Assembly (NCBI GenBank): GCA_026023565.1
Contig: JAPETS010000007.1
Span: 620,001-684,000 of the forward strand
Direction: 5' to 3'
Length of the DNA stretch: 64,000 bases
Origin: Cirrosporium novae-zelandiae
Taxonomy: Eukaryota
Of this stretch, positions 51,267 through 62,338 are shown in pieces. The notes beneath the pieces were generated by a model that had not been told where the DNA came from, did not search any database, and worked only from the letters and a program-made list of their open reading frames with translations. The number at the start of each line of letters is the position of its first letter. The first letter of the stretch is position 1. The position numbers and the translations under genes are program-made.

Positions 51267-53172
51267 TCAATCGACATCATCTTGGCTTGTCTCAGCCGTA
51301 GGCTTCGGTGTATTCTCCTCGTCCTTCGCAACCCCATTAACTGTCCCCTCTCCTGCCTTGGGATAGAATTCAATCGTGCCATCCTTCTGTATCACGCCTT
51401 GACGATCATACATCGTTCGAGCTCGGATGTACGGATCAGTTGCCCAATGGTTTATTCGGAGCTTCTCCGCCAGTTCGTTTCTCTTAGCCTGCAATTCTCC
51501 CGCCGCTTTGTCCGTCGGTGATGTCTTGATCCACGCCTGGGTTGTGCGCTCATACTCCTTTACCACAACGGCTCGCTCGTCCCGTAGTCGCTTCTTCTCG
51601 TCCTCATTCTTCATCAGAATATCATCTTCCGGCTTGGGTTCGGGATAATTATATTCCCAATCTTCCTCGCCTTCCAGTTCTTTCGGGATATGCTCTGCGT
51701 CAATATAATTTTTAAGGTCTTCAGCACTGCGGGTGAAATGCACTTTTCCGGCAACGACAGGATCGAGCCAGCCTTTAATAATAGCCCAAATTCCTTGGAA
51801 AACCCAGGGAGCTTTATGTACAAGGACGATGCCAAGGGATTCTGGATAATTGGCTTCGAAACATTTAATCATGAATTTCACAGGCGTGTAGTCCTACATT
51901 CTGTTATTATCAAAGTTATAAATAGATACTAGGCATAGATTCTTACCATGTTGGCCAGTCCAAAGTTTGACATGTCGAAAACCACGGTCTGTATTGGTCA
52001 GCAATATAATTTCAATAAGTACCTTTGATACTTACAGCAGTGTCCACATTCCCATGGAGAAGGAGTCTTGCAGTTTCAATAACATAAATAGTGTACCAAT
52101 CTAAACTTGACTCGCTTTGAGCGTTCGCGTTATGCAGTCGGGCCCTTACATAGCACATCGGCCGGCCTAGTTTGTCCGTTCCATGAAGGAAACTCTTACC
52201 CATGCGTAGTTGAAGTAGTCGGTCTTTAGCTTCTTGTGCTACCGCAGGGTCAGAGCTCTGTAGGTCTGCTACTGCACCACCGTCTCCTTTGTAGACCACT
52301 TCGTCGTCAACATGAGCTTCTTTTGCTCTCCAATGCATTGTTGAAATAAGCATCACCAGTGCCTTGTTAATGTCCCATTTCCTAGCACGAAGGAAGCGAA
52401 GAAGAAGCCCGTCAGGATGATCATGTTTCACCATGCTCCAAAACGCACTTCGAATTTCGTCAGGGCCCATATCCTGTACCGCCTTATCGAAGGCTTGATT
52501 TTGACCATACTTGTCATCCGTTGTAGGTGTAGAGCTAGCTGTCTTGGTCGATTCTTTCTCTTCTTCCGGCAAATCCCCTGTTGAATGTGACTCCAGGCGT
52601 TTCTTCTTACTGAATGGATTTAGGTGCCTCTTCTTTTTTTTATCCGGGAGGTCTGTTGTTGAACCAGGGTAGCTCTTTGTACCGTTTGAGGATATATCAG
52701 ATATGCTCATGTTGCTCGACTCTTCACCGTCTAGAGGGACACCAAAGACATTAAATGTAGCGATCCAGAACTCTCGTAGCTTGACCTCTTGCTCCTCAGT
52801 TAAATTGCCTGGCCGGCCCGGGGGTATATCACCCGCCATTGAAGATTCCGAGAAACCAAGGTTTTGTGTATGCACCTTAATATCCTTCTCTTCTGTTATT
52901 GTATGTTCCCGTGTAATCCGAGAAAAAGTCCAATACACAGACACCCCTACTGAAAAGACAGCTCCAGCAGCAAGAATAAATGTACCACTCCCACTTTGTA
53001 GAACCTGACTAGATGAAACTCCCAACTGGTGATATCTTTTGGAATGCTGTGACCTCAAACGGCTGGATGAAGACGGTCTTGGTCGCGTGTGTCGAGTAGG
53101 CACGGCAAGGGAACAAGTTTTAGGGAAGTAATTTCGAGGATTGCTGGTGCCTCGAATTAGAACGGCAAGCAT
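51267..53172 (-). CDS. CSR1: Sec14/CRAL-TRIO phosphatidylinositol transfer protein Csr1, 3 exons; alternative start at 52839
   Basis: GRPGNLTEEQEVKL, DHPDGLLLRFLRARKWD, FEANYPESLG, IIKGWLDPVVAGKVHFT, DPYIRARTMYDR. Confidence 0.92.
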
Positions 53173-53949
53173 GTATTGTCAAGAAGAAATGATGCTACCC
53201 TGGTAAGGACCAGGGAAAACTTGATAGACGAAGGTCCAAGATATTTTAGTAGAGGATAATTATAGGACAGTGCTGTGGAGAGAGGAGGAATGAGAGAATA
53301 TAGCGTAAGGTTAGTATTGTAGTGGAAATCTGGTCATAAGATTGACTTTTAAGCCACCTTGAATGAGTATGGGGTATAGGTATTGGGTATTAGGGTATTA
53401 GGGCAGTGATATTTGCCAACACAGCAGTGGCTGAGGGAATTTTGTTAATGTTTCTTGTGTTTGATCTGATGTCGTAGTGTTTGGCTGGCGCCTGGAGAAA
53501 ATAGAAAGAGGGATCTCTTGCTTTGCTCTTCCAACCCTGGATTGTCCATTCAAATCTTGACGTAATTGCGCCTTTTCCTCTTTCCCACCAAAGGCCGGAG
53601 CTTCAAAGCCACAATAGACATGGAAAAATAGTGGTAACGTACGCCCACCGTTGGCAGAATATTCCGGTCCCGTTTTTCCCCTCAATGGACCTGAAAGTTT
53701 GGGGGGGCAGGCGTGGCAGGGACGGGCAGGGAACAAATCCAATCAACCGGAATTTCCGACGGTCCGAAGCATCTGGGCCGGAAAGACAAATTGGGTTAAA
53801 GGTAAATAAATAGATGACTTAGGTTCCATTATTGTGCAATTATGCATATTTCTCTATCTTATCATTCCCAACGCTATCTCATCTACTGTATTCAGCCATC
53901 TCCTCTGTATAACATACCTAGGTACTTTCTGCTTGTCACTACCTTCATC

Positions 53950-54585
53950 ATGGATTCAAAACGCTCCACATCTCGTTCTCGTTCCCTTAGCCGGTCTCGT
54001 CCTACAACCCCTCTCCGCCCATCCTCCCGCAGCTCTTTCCACTCTCAACCTACCACTCCTGGTGGCACTTCTACCCAAACTCCTCTTGAAACCCTCGAAC
54101 CCGCTTTCGCCGAACTATCGGACTCCATGGCAGATCTCGAAGCCAACTTCATGCACCTCCAGCTCATGCATGAGAGTCTCTCCCGCTTCTCTGAGAACTT
54201 TGCCGCCTTTCTTTATGGGTTGAATATGAATGCCTTCTGTGTCGATTTCCCAGAGGCCCCCATTACCGATTCCTTCAAGAGAGCTGCCGCCAAGCTAGCT
54301 GAAGAATCCTCCCTGAGCCAATCTACAGACTCCGAACCAGGGAAGCGTGTTCCTGATATACATGATGCTGAAACAACCTTCATGACTACGGATACTTCTT
54401 TTGTTGACAATCCACCAGCCACTACGTCATCACGGACAAATAGATTTTCTACCCCTGCACCTTCAAGTCGTGGGAAAGGAACTACGGCTGGGAGAGGAAG
54501 AGGGGCTGGGTCTGGTAGAGGAATAAGGGGAAGTGGTTTAGCGAGAGCGAGAGCGAGATATGGTGGGAAAAGAATGATGAGCTAA
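53950..54585 (+). CDS. DAM1: DASH complex subunit Dam1
   Basis: SRPTTPLRPSSRSS; FAELSDSMADLEANFMHLQLMHESLSRFSENFAAFLYGLNMNAFCVDFPEAP; ETTFMTTDTSFV. Confidence 0.94.
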   Translation: MDSKRSTSRSRSLSRSRPTTPLRPSSRSSFHSQPTTPGGTSTQTPLETLEPAFAELSDSMADLEANFMHLQLMHESLSRFSENFAAFLYGLNMNAFCVDFPEAPITDSFKRAAAKLAEESSLSQSTDSEPGKRVPDIHDAETTFMTTDTSFVDNPPATTSSRTNRFSTPAPSSRGKGTTAGRGRGAGSGRGIRGSGLARARARYGGKRMMS

Positions 54586-54855
54586 AGCGTTATGACAGAG
54601 GAGTCTTCTTTTGGCTACGGGCTAGGGGCGTCAAAGGGTCTGCAGGAAGGATGGAGACTATTCAGATCCTATAGCAGTTCACAATGGAGCCAAACCACCT
54701 AGGTCTACCTAGATACCTAAGGACACCCACATAATTGATGAAACTCTTTCCATACATCCAATACAGCGTGTAACCCACTCATCAATCAACTAGTTCCATA
54801 CTCCCAACCCCTAGCCCCGCTCCACATCTTCAACTCCAACTACTCCCTCCACGGT

Positions 54856-55857
54856 TTACATCTTTGCTTTTAATTCTTCATGGAGCCTTTTCAAGACATC
54901 CATGTCACCTTTTGTAGCTGGCCAATCCATCGAGAGGCCTTCCTCCTTGTTTGGCTTAGGAATCTAGTGACATGTTCCTATTAGCATTATCCTATACTCT
55001 CAATGGAGAAAAAATAGCCATCAGATAATAGGACTATAACAATGGGGGTTGGAGAAGGCTATATGACGGGAACTAACCATATGGAAATGGACCTAATATC
55101 AGCAAATTTTAATTAGTAGACAATTTTCAGATTTCGCCCCGCTCAATAGGATCAATCAAAGATGGAAGCACGAGCATACGTGGTCAACCTCCTGATGAGC
55201 CAAGCGTCCATTATTCTGCAGTAAATTCCAGTTCTCAGCACCCGTTGCTACAGCGAGCTTTTTGACGAGAGGCTGGATTCCAGAATTGAGTTAGTATTAT
55301 GGATAAAGTCAATTGGTAATATGATGCCATATGCGGATAGGGAGTGATAATATTCAATAGGAAAATCGGTACAGGAAGAAGATGGATAAATAGCAAAACT
55401 GGTATAAAGATGTCGAAGCTAATGTAGGAGCGTACCAAAACCTCCACCAATTGATCATCAGGAATTTCCGTCAATTTAGCGCCATGGTATTTAGGGACTA
55501 CCAACTATATATACAATTTAAATCATTAGCACCTCTCAAATAGCTTTAGTGACGAGGCCCTAAAAATGAGAAAGTAGCCGGAGGAGAGGGTTGGATCTAG
55601 GTGGGGCATACAGCATGTCCCTTGCTCAAAGGACCAATGTCTAGAAACGCGAGGACCTTGTCGCTCTCAAAGAGCTTAAAGGATGGAATTTCGCCTTCAA
55701 GGTACTCATTATCAGTAAAACGCTATAGAGATGGATTGGTTGTAGTGTGACATAGGTAGGAAAGACCGATAGAGGAGCTGATGGAGGGGAGAGCAGTAAC
55801 GAGCTTTGCATAAGTAATACCTTTGACGATTTTGCAGAAGATACAGGCGGCGGCCAT
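54856..55857 (-). CDS. HNT1: HIT family adenosine 5'-monophosphoramidase, 134 aa (exons 55857-55821, 55694-55612, 55504-55436, 55272-55180, 55092-55078, 54963-54856)
   Basis: Spliced translation MAAACIFCKIVKGEIPSFKLFE...FLDIGPLSKGHALVVPKYHG...NLLQNNGRLAHQEVDHVHFHMIPKP...ELKAKM; 405 nt in frame. Confidence 0.95.
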
Positions 55858-57230
55858 GATTGATTATGATAGTAACGTATATATTCTAGAGAGATTGACA
55901 ATTAGTTGTTGAAAACGAGAAAGAACCCCAATCTGCTGTATGGAGTGGGATGATAATTAATCTTCATCTCATTTCAGCATCTTCAAAAGCCTCGGTTATT
56001 TGTGTGTAAAAGTTTCGTCAGCCTTATGAGGTTGGCATATATTACATGTTAATTGCATTTTGCATGGAGTGGTACGAACTAGTGCAGAATCCATTTCTTG
56101 CCTTTTACCAGAGATGGCCGTGGTTCGACCAATTACACTCCATTTTCTAATCTTTGGAACCAACCTTCTCTTTTGCCCCTGCGTTCAAGTACAGCCTGCA
56201 ACCATTTCTTTCCTTTTCTTTTTGTCTCGTCCTTTTGGGCTACATCCAAATTCTCTAACATGTCTGGTAATATTCCATCCATCCTATCTAAAACCATCCT
56301 AACTATTATTTGTGATATTAATAACATTATTACCCACCACACATACATTCCCCACGATCGAGTATCTGAATTTCCAAGGCTTCTCTTTAGCTGTTGCACT
56401 CAGTAGCTCCATCTTAGGGAAGTGGATTTATATCTGAGTCGATCGTTTTAATATTCACCAGTCTCAGTAAAAATGAGTTGGTCTTCTGTACAACTTGTTA
56501 CTCTAAAATTTAAAAAAAAATTATATCGATTCGTGCGTAGACCCAATATTTCACATATTGGTCTCGGGCTTATGGTTCAAAAGCCATGCTAAACTCCGAG
56601 GATTTTTTTTGCCCCTAAGATTGGCATCAAGTGAATGATCGAGCGAGCTTTAAATCTTGAGATTGTGTTAAAAACAACCACCTAGGTATAAAATCCCTAG
56701 ACATTTCCTCGCTAATTCGTTTCCTCTCTATATGTCTCACTTGAAACTCAAAAGAGCTCCAAGCCACCCCCTTTACTCTAGCCGTTATCCCGCTGTCCTA
56801 TTCTCATAGATATAATTTGTACATCAAGCTAAGATGAAGAGTATATTAGTTAAATAGAAACCAATAGTCTCCTGACTGTAGCTGGTGAATGTATTGAGTC
56901 ACAAGGATGGCGTGGCCCCAAGAATAGCCACAAATATAATTAGAGATCGGATAGCGATCACAGGCCAGAGAGGTATTGTCACTATAAGTGTTGACTTTTT
57001 TCCTTGCCCGTCTTCCTTAAGCATCTTGGCTCTCAGGGATCACTATTCACATCCCGCATGCTAGTGTAGATGGAAGGGCTGCTAGTAGATATAGGCTTGC
57101 GCAATTGACTTCCAGAGCCGAATTCCATGGTACACCAATGCAATGATATCAGGCACCCAAGACACCCACTGTCACGCAGCATCTTCAAATTGGTAGCCGA
57201 AATGGATTCTTTTGATAAAATTTGCATACT

Positions 57231-58517
57231 CTAATCCTGTGTTGTTGGGTTTCTCGGTGGTCCTGTCACTCCTACCATCTGCATTGGCCATTCAATCCAT
57301 TGTCTCCATTTCTTATCCAGGATATTAAATATTTTTTCAATAAGGTCGGTTGCCATTCCATCAATCCACCAGCACGTTTTCAGCTTGTCAACAAGAACAA
57401 AATAGTAGGCGAGAATTATCAAGGCTTCTTCTTTTTGCTGGTCCAGTAGTGTGATATAGGATTCGGAGATCCTGAAGGGCCATACAAATATTGGTAGAGC
57501 ATCATAGCCGTCATTTTCGTCTATTGGGGTAGCCTGGGCAAAAGATACGCGTAAAGCGTTTAGGGCATCTATATAGATGCCTACTTCGGGAGTCCCAGAA
57601 AGGGGTGTCCCTTGATCCCATAATCCATATAGCTTCAACAGATAGCTATCTTCACGAGGTAGTTGTTGAACGGAACTTAGATCGTCCTCTATGTTGATCC
57701 TTTGGTTGAGTTGTACCAATGAACCTAGTGGCCCAGCCGCAATAATTGGATAGATAGGGACGACAACAGGCTTTATACCTCGCAACAAACGTAACCACTC
57801 TGTAGTTGATGAATTTTTGTTGCCACTAGAACCTGTAATAACAAGATTTCCGGCAGCCCTTGGAGCGGCAAATGCATATTTTACAAGAAGAAGAGAAAAT
57901 GCAAAAACGGCATTACAATTCTGAGTAGAAATATCAGCCAGTGCGCTGCGAAAACCTTGAAAGGCTTTATCTTGATGACTGGCAGCCAAAAGAGTATAGG
58001 CGTCTTTTTTTTTTGGATGCAGATGTGTTAAGTGTAAGGCTGATATAGCAAGAAGCCCATGCATGAGAAAGGGTTGAGAAAGACCTATAACCGGAATAGC
58101 CTCACACCACAGCTTTCTAGTTAAGGGTTCGTGGGCTATTGTAAAACCTGTGTCGGTTATGTAATGATGATAAAGTTCTATGTCGATTATGGTGAAAGCC
58201 TTCTGAGACAGGCCTTGATCTTGAAACGGTACCGAAATGGGTTCCAGAGGATTGGGTTGTACGGGGCCGGCTGAAATATTTTTGGCTTCTGGTTTGGACC
58301 GTGAACGAGAGAATGAAGAGGCGAGAGATACAAAGCTGCATGGTAGCAAGTTGCGTTTGCAATGGGAACAGCGTGGCTTGGTTTCATCACACTGGAACAA
58401 GAGGAAGAGTAAGTATCAAGGAACGTATAGCAACTGGCATAACAATACCTTGATTCTGCGCTTCTTGCATTGAACACAACCGGTCCTACTTTTATGATGA
58501 GGTCGTCGGGTTCCCAT
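57231..58517 (-). CDS. Zn(II)2Cys6 transcription factor, Upc2/Ecm22-like, 409 aa (exons 58517-58449, 58391-57231)
   Basis: RRPHHKSRTGCVQCKKRRIKCDETKPRCSHCKRNLLPC; DIELYHHY; PFLMHGLLAISALHL; ALIILAYY...WW...WIEWP. Confidence 0.92.
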
Positions 58518-59148
58518 AGTAGTGGGATCAGGTCGAGTACGATATGAGATTAATAGCTAGGTCCAATCAGGGTTAAAAATATACGGATAGTTGAGGTATA
58601 AGGATGATACCAATCCAAAAGTAATTCTTCTAGATAAGCATATCCTAGCGAGTACGAAGTACGAAATCAATCGAAGGATGCTCTCCGTATTTATCATTTC
58701 ATCATTGGCCTAAAATATCTAGAACTCTAACCTTGTACGTTGTGCACGTTTCTTGGGATATTCTAGTCTCGCACGAACTTCGTTTATTTTAAGGCTCCAA
58801 TGTTTGTTCGACCAATTAGAATGTGCTTGGTACGAACAGGTACGAATATCCCACATATCAACTCTCCCTTTTAACTTTCTCCCTACATTCAAGAGAGCCT
58901 TTTGATATTAATCCACAGTGATAGAGCCCACTTTCATGAGGCAGTGTTATATAGGAGGTTGATGCCTGTACATATTGTTTGCCCGAAGCCGTTCCAGATA
59001 CGAACACAGACATATATATATCTCTAAATCTAACACCCAAGATGTTACTACTTCTCCTTGATCAATATCAAACGTCTTTTCATTTTATCTCAATTCCATT
59101 TTTAACCCTATTCCATACTCTTTTGTTCATCAATAGAACCAGCTCAAC

Positions 59149-60103
59149 ATGGCAAACAGTACAGATACCTCGACTTCTCATACCTACGTTTTCTACCACT
59201 ATGATCCCTCAATGGGAGCAGCCGTCTTATTTGTCATCCTCTTCTTCGCAACAACACATTTGCATGTTTTTCAGACGATCCGCCGGAAAACGTGGTATCT
59301 AATACCATTCATAGTGGGTGGATATTGTAAGTACATCAGCAAATTTACATCAAAGCAAAATATACCTGCATGTGCTAACCGATCCTTATCTTAGTTGAAT
59401 GGATTGGCTACATTGGTCGAGGAATGTCCTCCAAGGACCCACAAGACATGTCCCCCTACATCATGCAGACCATACTTCTCCTCATTGCACCTGCCCTCTT
59501 CGCTGCATCGATTTACATGATTCTCGGCCGTATCATTCTGTTGGTCAATGGAGAAAAATATTCATTGATTCGCAAGAAATTGCTCACAAAGGTCTTTGTG
59601 TGTGGAGATGTGGTTTCTTTTCTATTACAAGCAGGCGGTATGTAATTCCTAGAGATATTACAAGATATATGATGCTAACTTCCGCTTTAGGAGGTGGCAT
59701 GATGGCTGGAGGCGATGCGGACAAAGTAACGCTCGGCAAGAATGTCGTCATTATTGGATTATTTGTCCAAATATCCTTCTTTGGCTTTTTTATAGTTGTT
59801 TCCATCGTCTTCCATCGCCGAGTCAATTATCATATGCCATCATTAGCCGTTCCGTGGATTAAACACATGCGAGCGTTATATGCCGTTTCCGGATTGATTA
59901 TGGTGCGATCCCTTTTCCGAGTTATCGAATACCTTATGGGAAATGACGGGGTGCTTATGCAGCACGAAATATTTGTATATTTGTTTGACGGTCTTTTGAT
60001 GTTCATTGCTATGGTACTGTTCAATGTCGTCCATCCAGCAGAGATTACCGAGTTAAGAGAATGTGGAAGGGAACTGATAATGGAAGAGTCCGCATTGGTG
60101 TAA
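59149..60103 (+). CDS. RTA1: RTA1-family multi-pass membrane protein (exons 59149-59326, 59395-59637, 59691-60103)
   Basis: FYHYDPS, EWIGYIGR, LLIAPALFAASIYMILGRII, FVCGDVVSFLLQAGGGG, RSLFRVIEY, HEIFVYLFDG, HP. Confidence 0.93.
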
Positions 60104-60360
60104 TGGACAGGTCGATAAAACCCCGAGGCAAAGAGGTATCGACTATAGGGAAAGGAATGGTGATTTTATTAAAAAAATATACAAGAGGAAGCATGACCAG
60201 TATTATGGAATTTAGCTGAGGATTGAGTCTAGTTCAAATGGGGCAAGGGAGTTATCTGGGTCTCTAATTGGGTATTTCATTCTTTCATATATTTCTTATT
60301 GTGTATCAGAGCACTGGCCTTTTTTTATAGATAGAATATATAGATTTAGTGGTTGAATGA

Positions 60361-61425
60361 TCACCACGGGTATTGCAAAAAGGTCCGGAGAATATTACTG
60401 AAGAGGCGCGGGTCTTGGAGGAAACTAGAAATAAACTTTAGTATTACCAAGGTCCAAACTACAGGTCCTGAAAGGATAAATAGGACTAGCAAAGGAAAGG
60501 ATAGCATCACTTACGCAAAATGGCTGGTCCGTGGGAGAAACATGAGTCCCGAGTCGGCAACCCAGTCATGCATCTGTATTGGTGTTGTCCTATTGATTGC
60601 TTCCTCATTAGCTCCATCCACTATCCACACCAATGGTGCATCCATTGACCCATTTGTTCTTGTTGGAATTTGTGCAAATGAGGTTCCAGTCCACTGGGGT
60701 AGATTATTCCACATATTGTTCATCGAAGTACTGAATTGGGTGTAATTCGGATGGGGATTCATCTCTTCATACTCAGTATAGGTGCGGTTGAGAAAGTTTT
60801 CGAAAACATGGCTGTCACCGATAGTGCTAAGCATATTAGAAGGACTATAGGATGCCCCAAAAGCAAAGAGCCGATCCAAACGAGAACTTGCATTCATCGC
60901 AAGATCCAGCCCAATAATTCCACCATCTGACCAACCCACAACTGACACAGACGGAATCGAAAAGTGGTCGAGGACCGTTAGAACATCATCTGTCATTTTA
61001 TCATAATTGATCACTGTATCCGTGGTTGTTGAGCGCCCATGACCGCGAGAATCGATTGCAAGGATTGTGATATTGAGATCTTCAAGGTCTTTGATTTGCA
61101 AACCAAAGTAATTTGCGTTCGCGAAACCCCCATGAAGGAACAGAAGAGGAGGAGTTCCTGTGCAAATACTTTGATTGAGGGGAGTACCAAAAAATGAATA
61201 CCAGATGTTGGTCGAATTATCAGTTGCGACGTAACCCGAGCTCAAGGCTTTCGGGAGTGAAGGTGTAGGCGGAAGAGTAAGGTAGGCCGGGATAGTGTTG
61301 TTGTACTCATAGGGTTTTGTAGTATTTGGTTTTGTATAGGTTTGACATTCTGTTTCAGACGTCGCTGTGATGAACGATAGTGACAGCGTCAATATAGAAG
61401 CAAAGCTAGAGATTAGAGGGAGCAT
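60361..61425 (-). CDS. Secreted alpha/beta hydrolase (exons 61425-60515, 60424-60361)
   Basis: Signal peptide; FLHGG, DSRGHGRS, nucleophile GWSDGG, SHFA|FLQDP completed by a spliced last exon. Confidence 0.9.
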
Positions 61426-62338
61426 GTTTCATCAACAGAACCGATGGAGAGTTGGATCGGTTCAAAACTCGCAGTCAAAAGAAACACTAGGAGAAGATAC
61501 CATGCGACCTCATAAAAAATGCTTGATGTTGGAAGGGAAAAGATGCTGACGGTTATTGTACCAGCTTTTAATAATGACACATCATAGGGAAGGGCGGGTT
61601 TCGGATAGTTATCTCTTAATACTGTAGGATGACAGTGATTATTGATGGCTTGACATAAGACCAACAGTAATTTATCAATGCTAGTTGAAGATAATTACTT
61701 CGCCAATTTCGCAACATAGGATAGGATTTCGAGTGATGGTATTAGAGAATTCTGGTGATGGTGTTGAAGCCTCCTTCAACCCCTTACTGCATTAAGCCAA
61801 ACGCATCGGCCCAAGCTTCATTCCAACATCTCTTTTTAGATCCTTCTCAATTTCGTGAATCCTCAAACAAAATTTAGACTATTAGTAATCTTCCTAACTA
61901 ATATCCTTTCCTCGTTCCTTTTGACAACTACATCCCATTTAATTCAACTACGAGCATTTTAGACAAGACATTCTTTAAAGGTGGTAATTTCATTTATTCT
62001 CTCGCGCAGTTAACATACTGTCATAAACATAAAGGCAAAGGCATGCGATGCTTGTATCTCATTTAGCCAAGTCATGAGGCAGCATTGGTATCATAAAAAA
62101 AAACATCAAGCCAAAAACAGGCTGTATTTTAGGGTTGCTTGCTCCTACCGCTGATGCAAACGAGAGTGGAAGGGTATCTTCAGAGATAAGAGATGAACGC
62201 ATAAACTAGGTGAAAATAAGTAAGACTGCCGCAAGACTTGTAGATGCTCTCTCTTCTAGCAAACACAAAAATTTGAATGTTCGGCGTCGTAGGAAGTACC
62301 AACGAACAGGTATAATGATTTTAAGTATTTCGCTATCG

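Noticed and set aside
53371..53404. GGGTATTA repeats containing TTAGGG
   Set aside because: Only 3-4 degenerate units; not an interstitial telomere or an array.
53842..53949. N-terminal extension of the Dam1 ORF
   Set aside because: It reads like pyrimidine-rich leader sequence; ATG 53950 has good context and starts the conserved region.
56539..56610. tRNA-Sec-like look: hairpin with a TTTCACA loop (UCA), GGTTCAA B-box-like motif, then T8
   Set aside because: No acceptor stem, D-arm or long variable arm can be built, the T-loop length is wrong, and Dikarya are not known to use selenocysteine. At most an isolated B-box; tRNAscan-SE would settle it.
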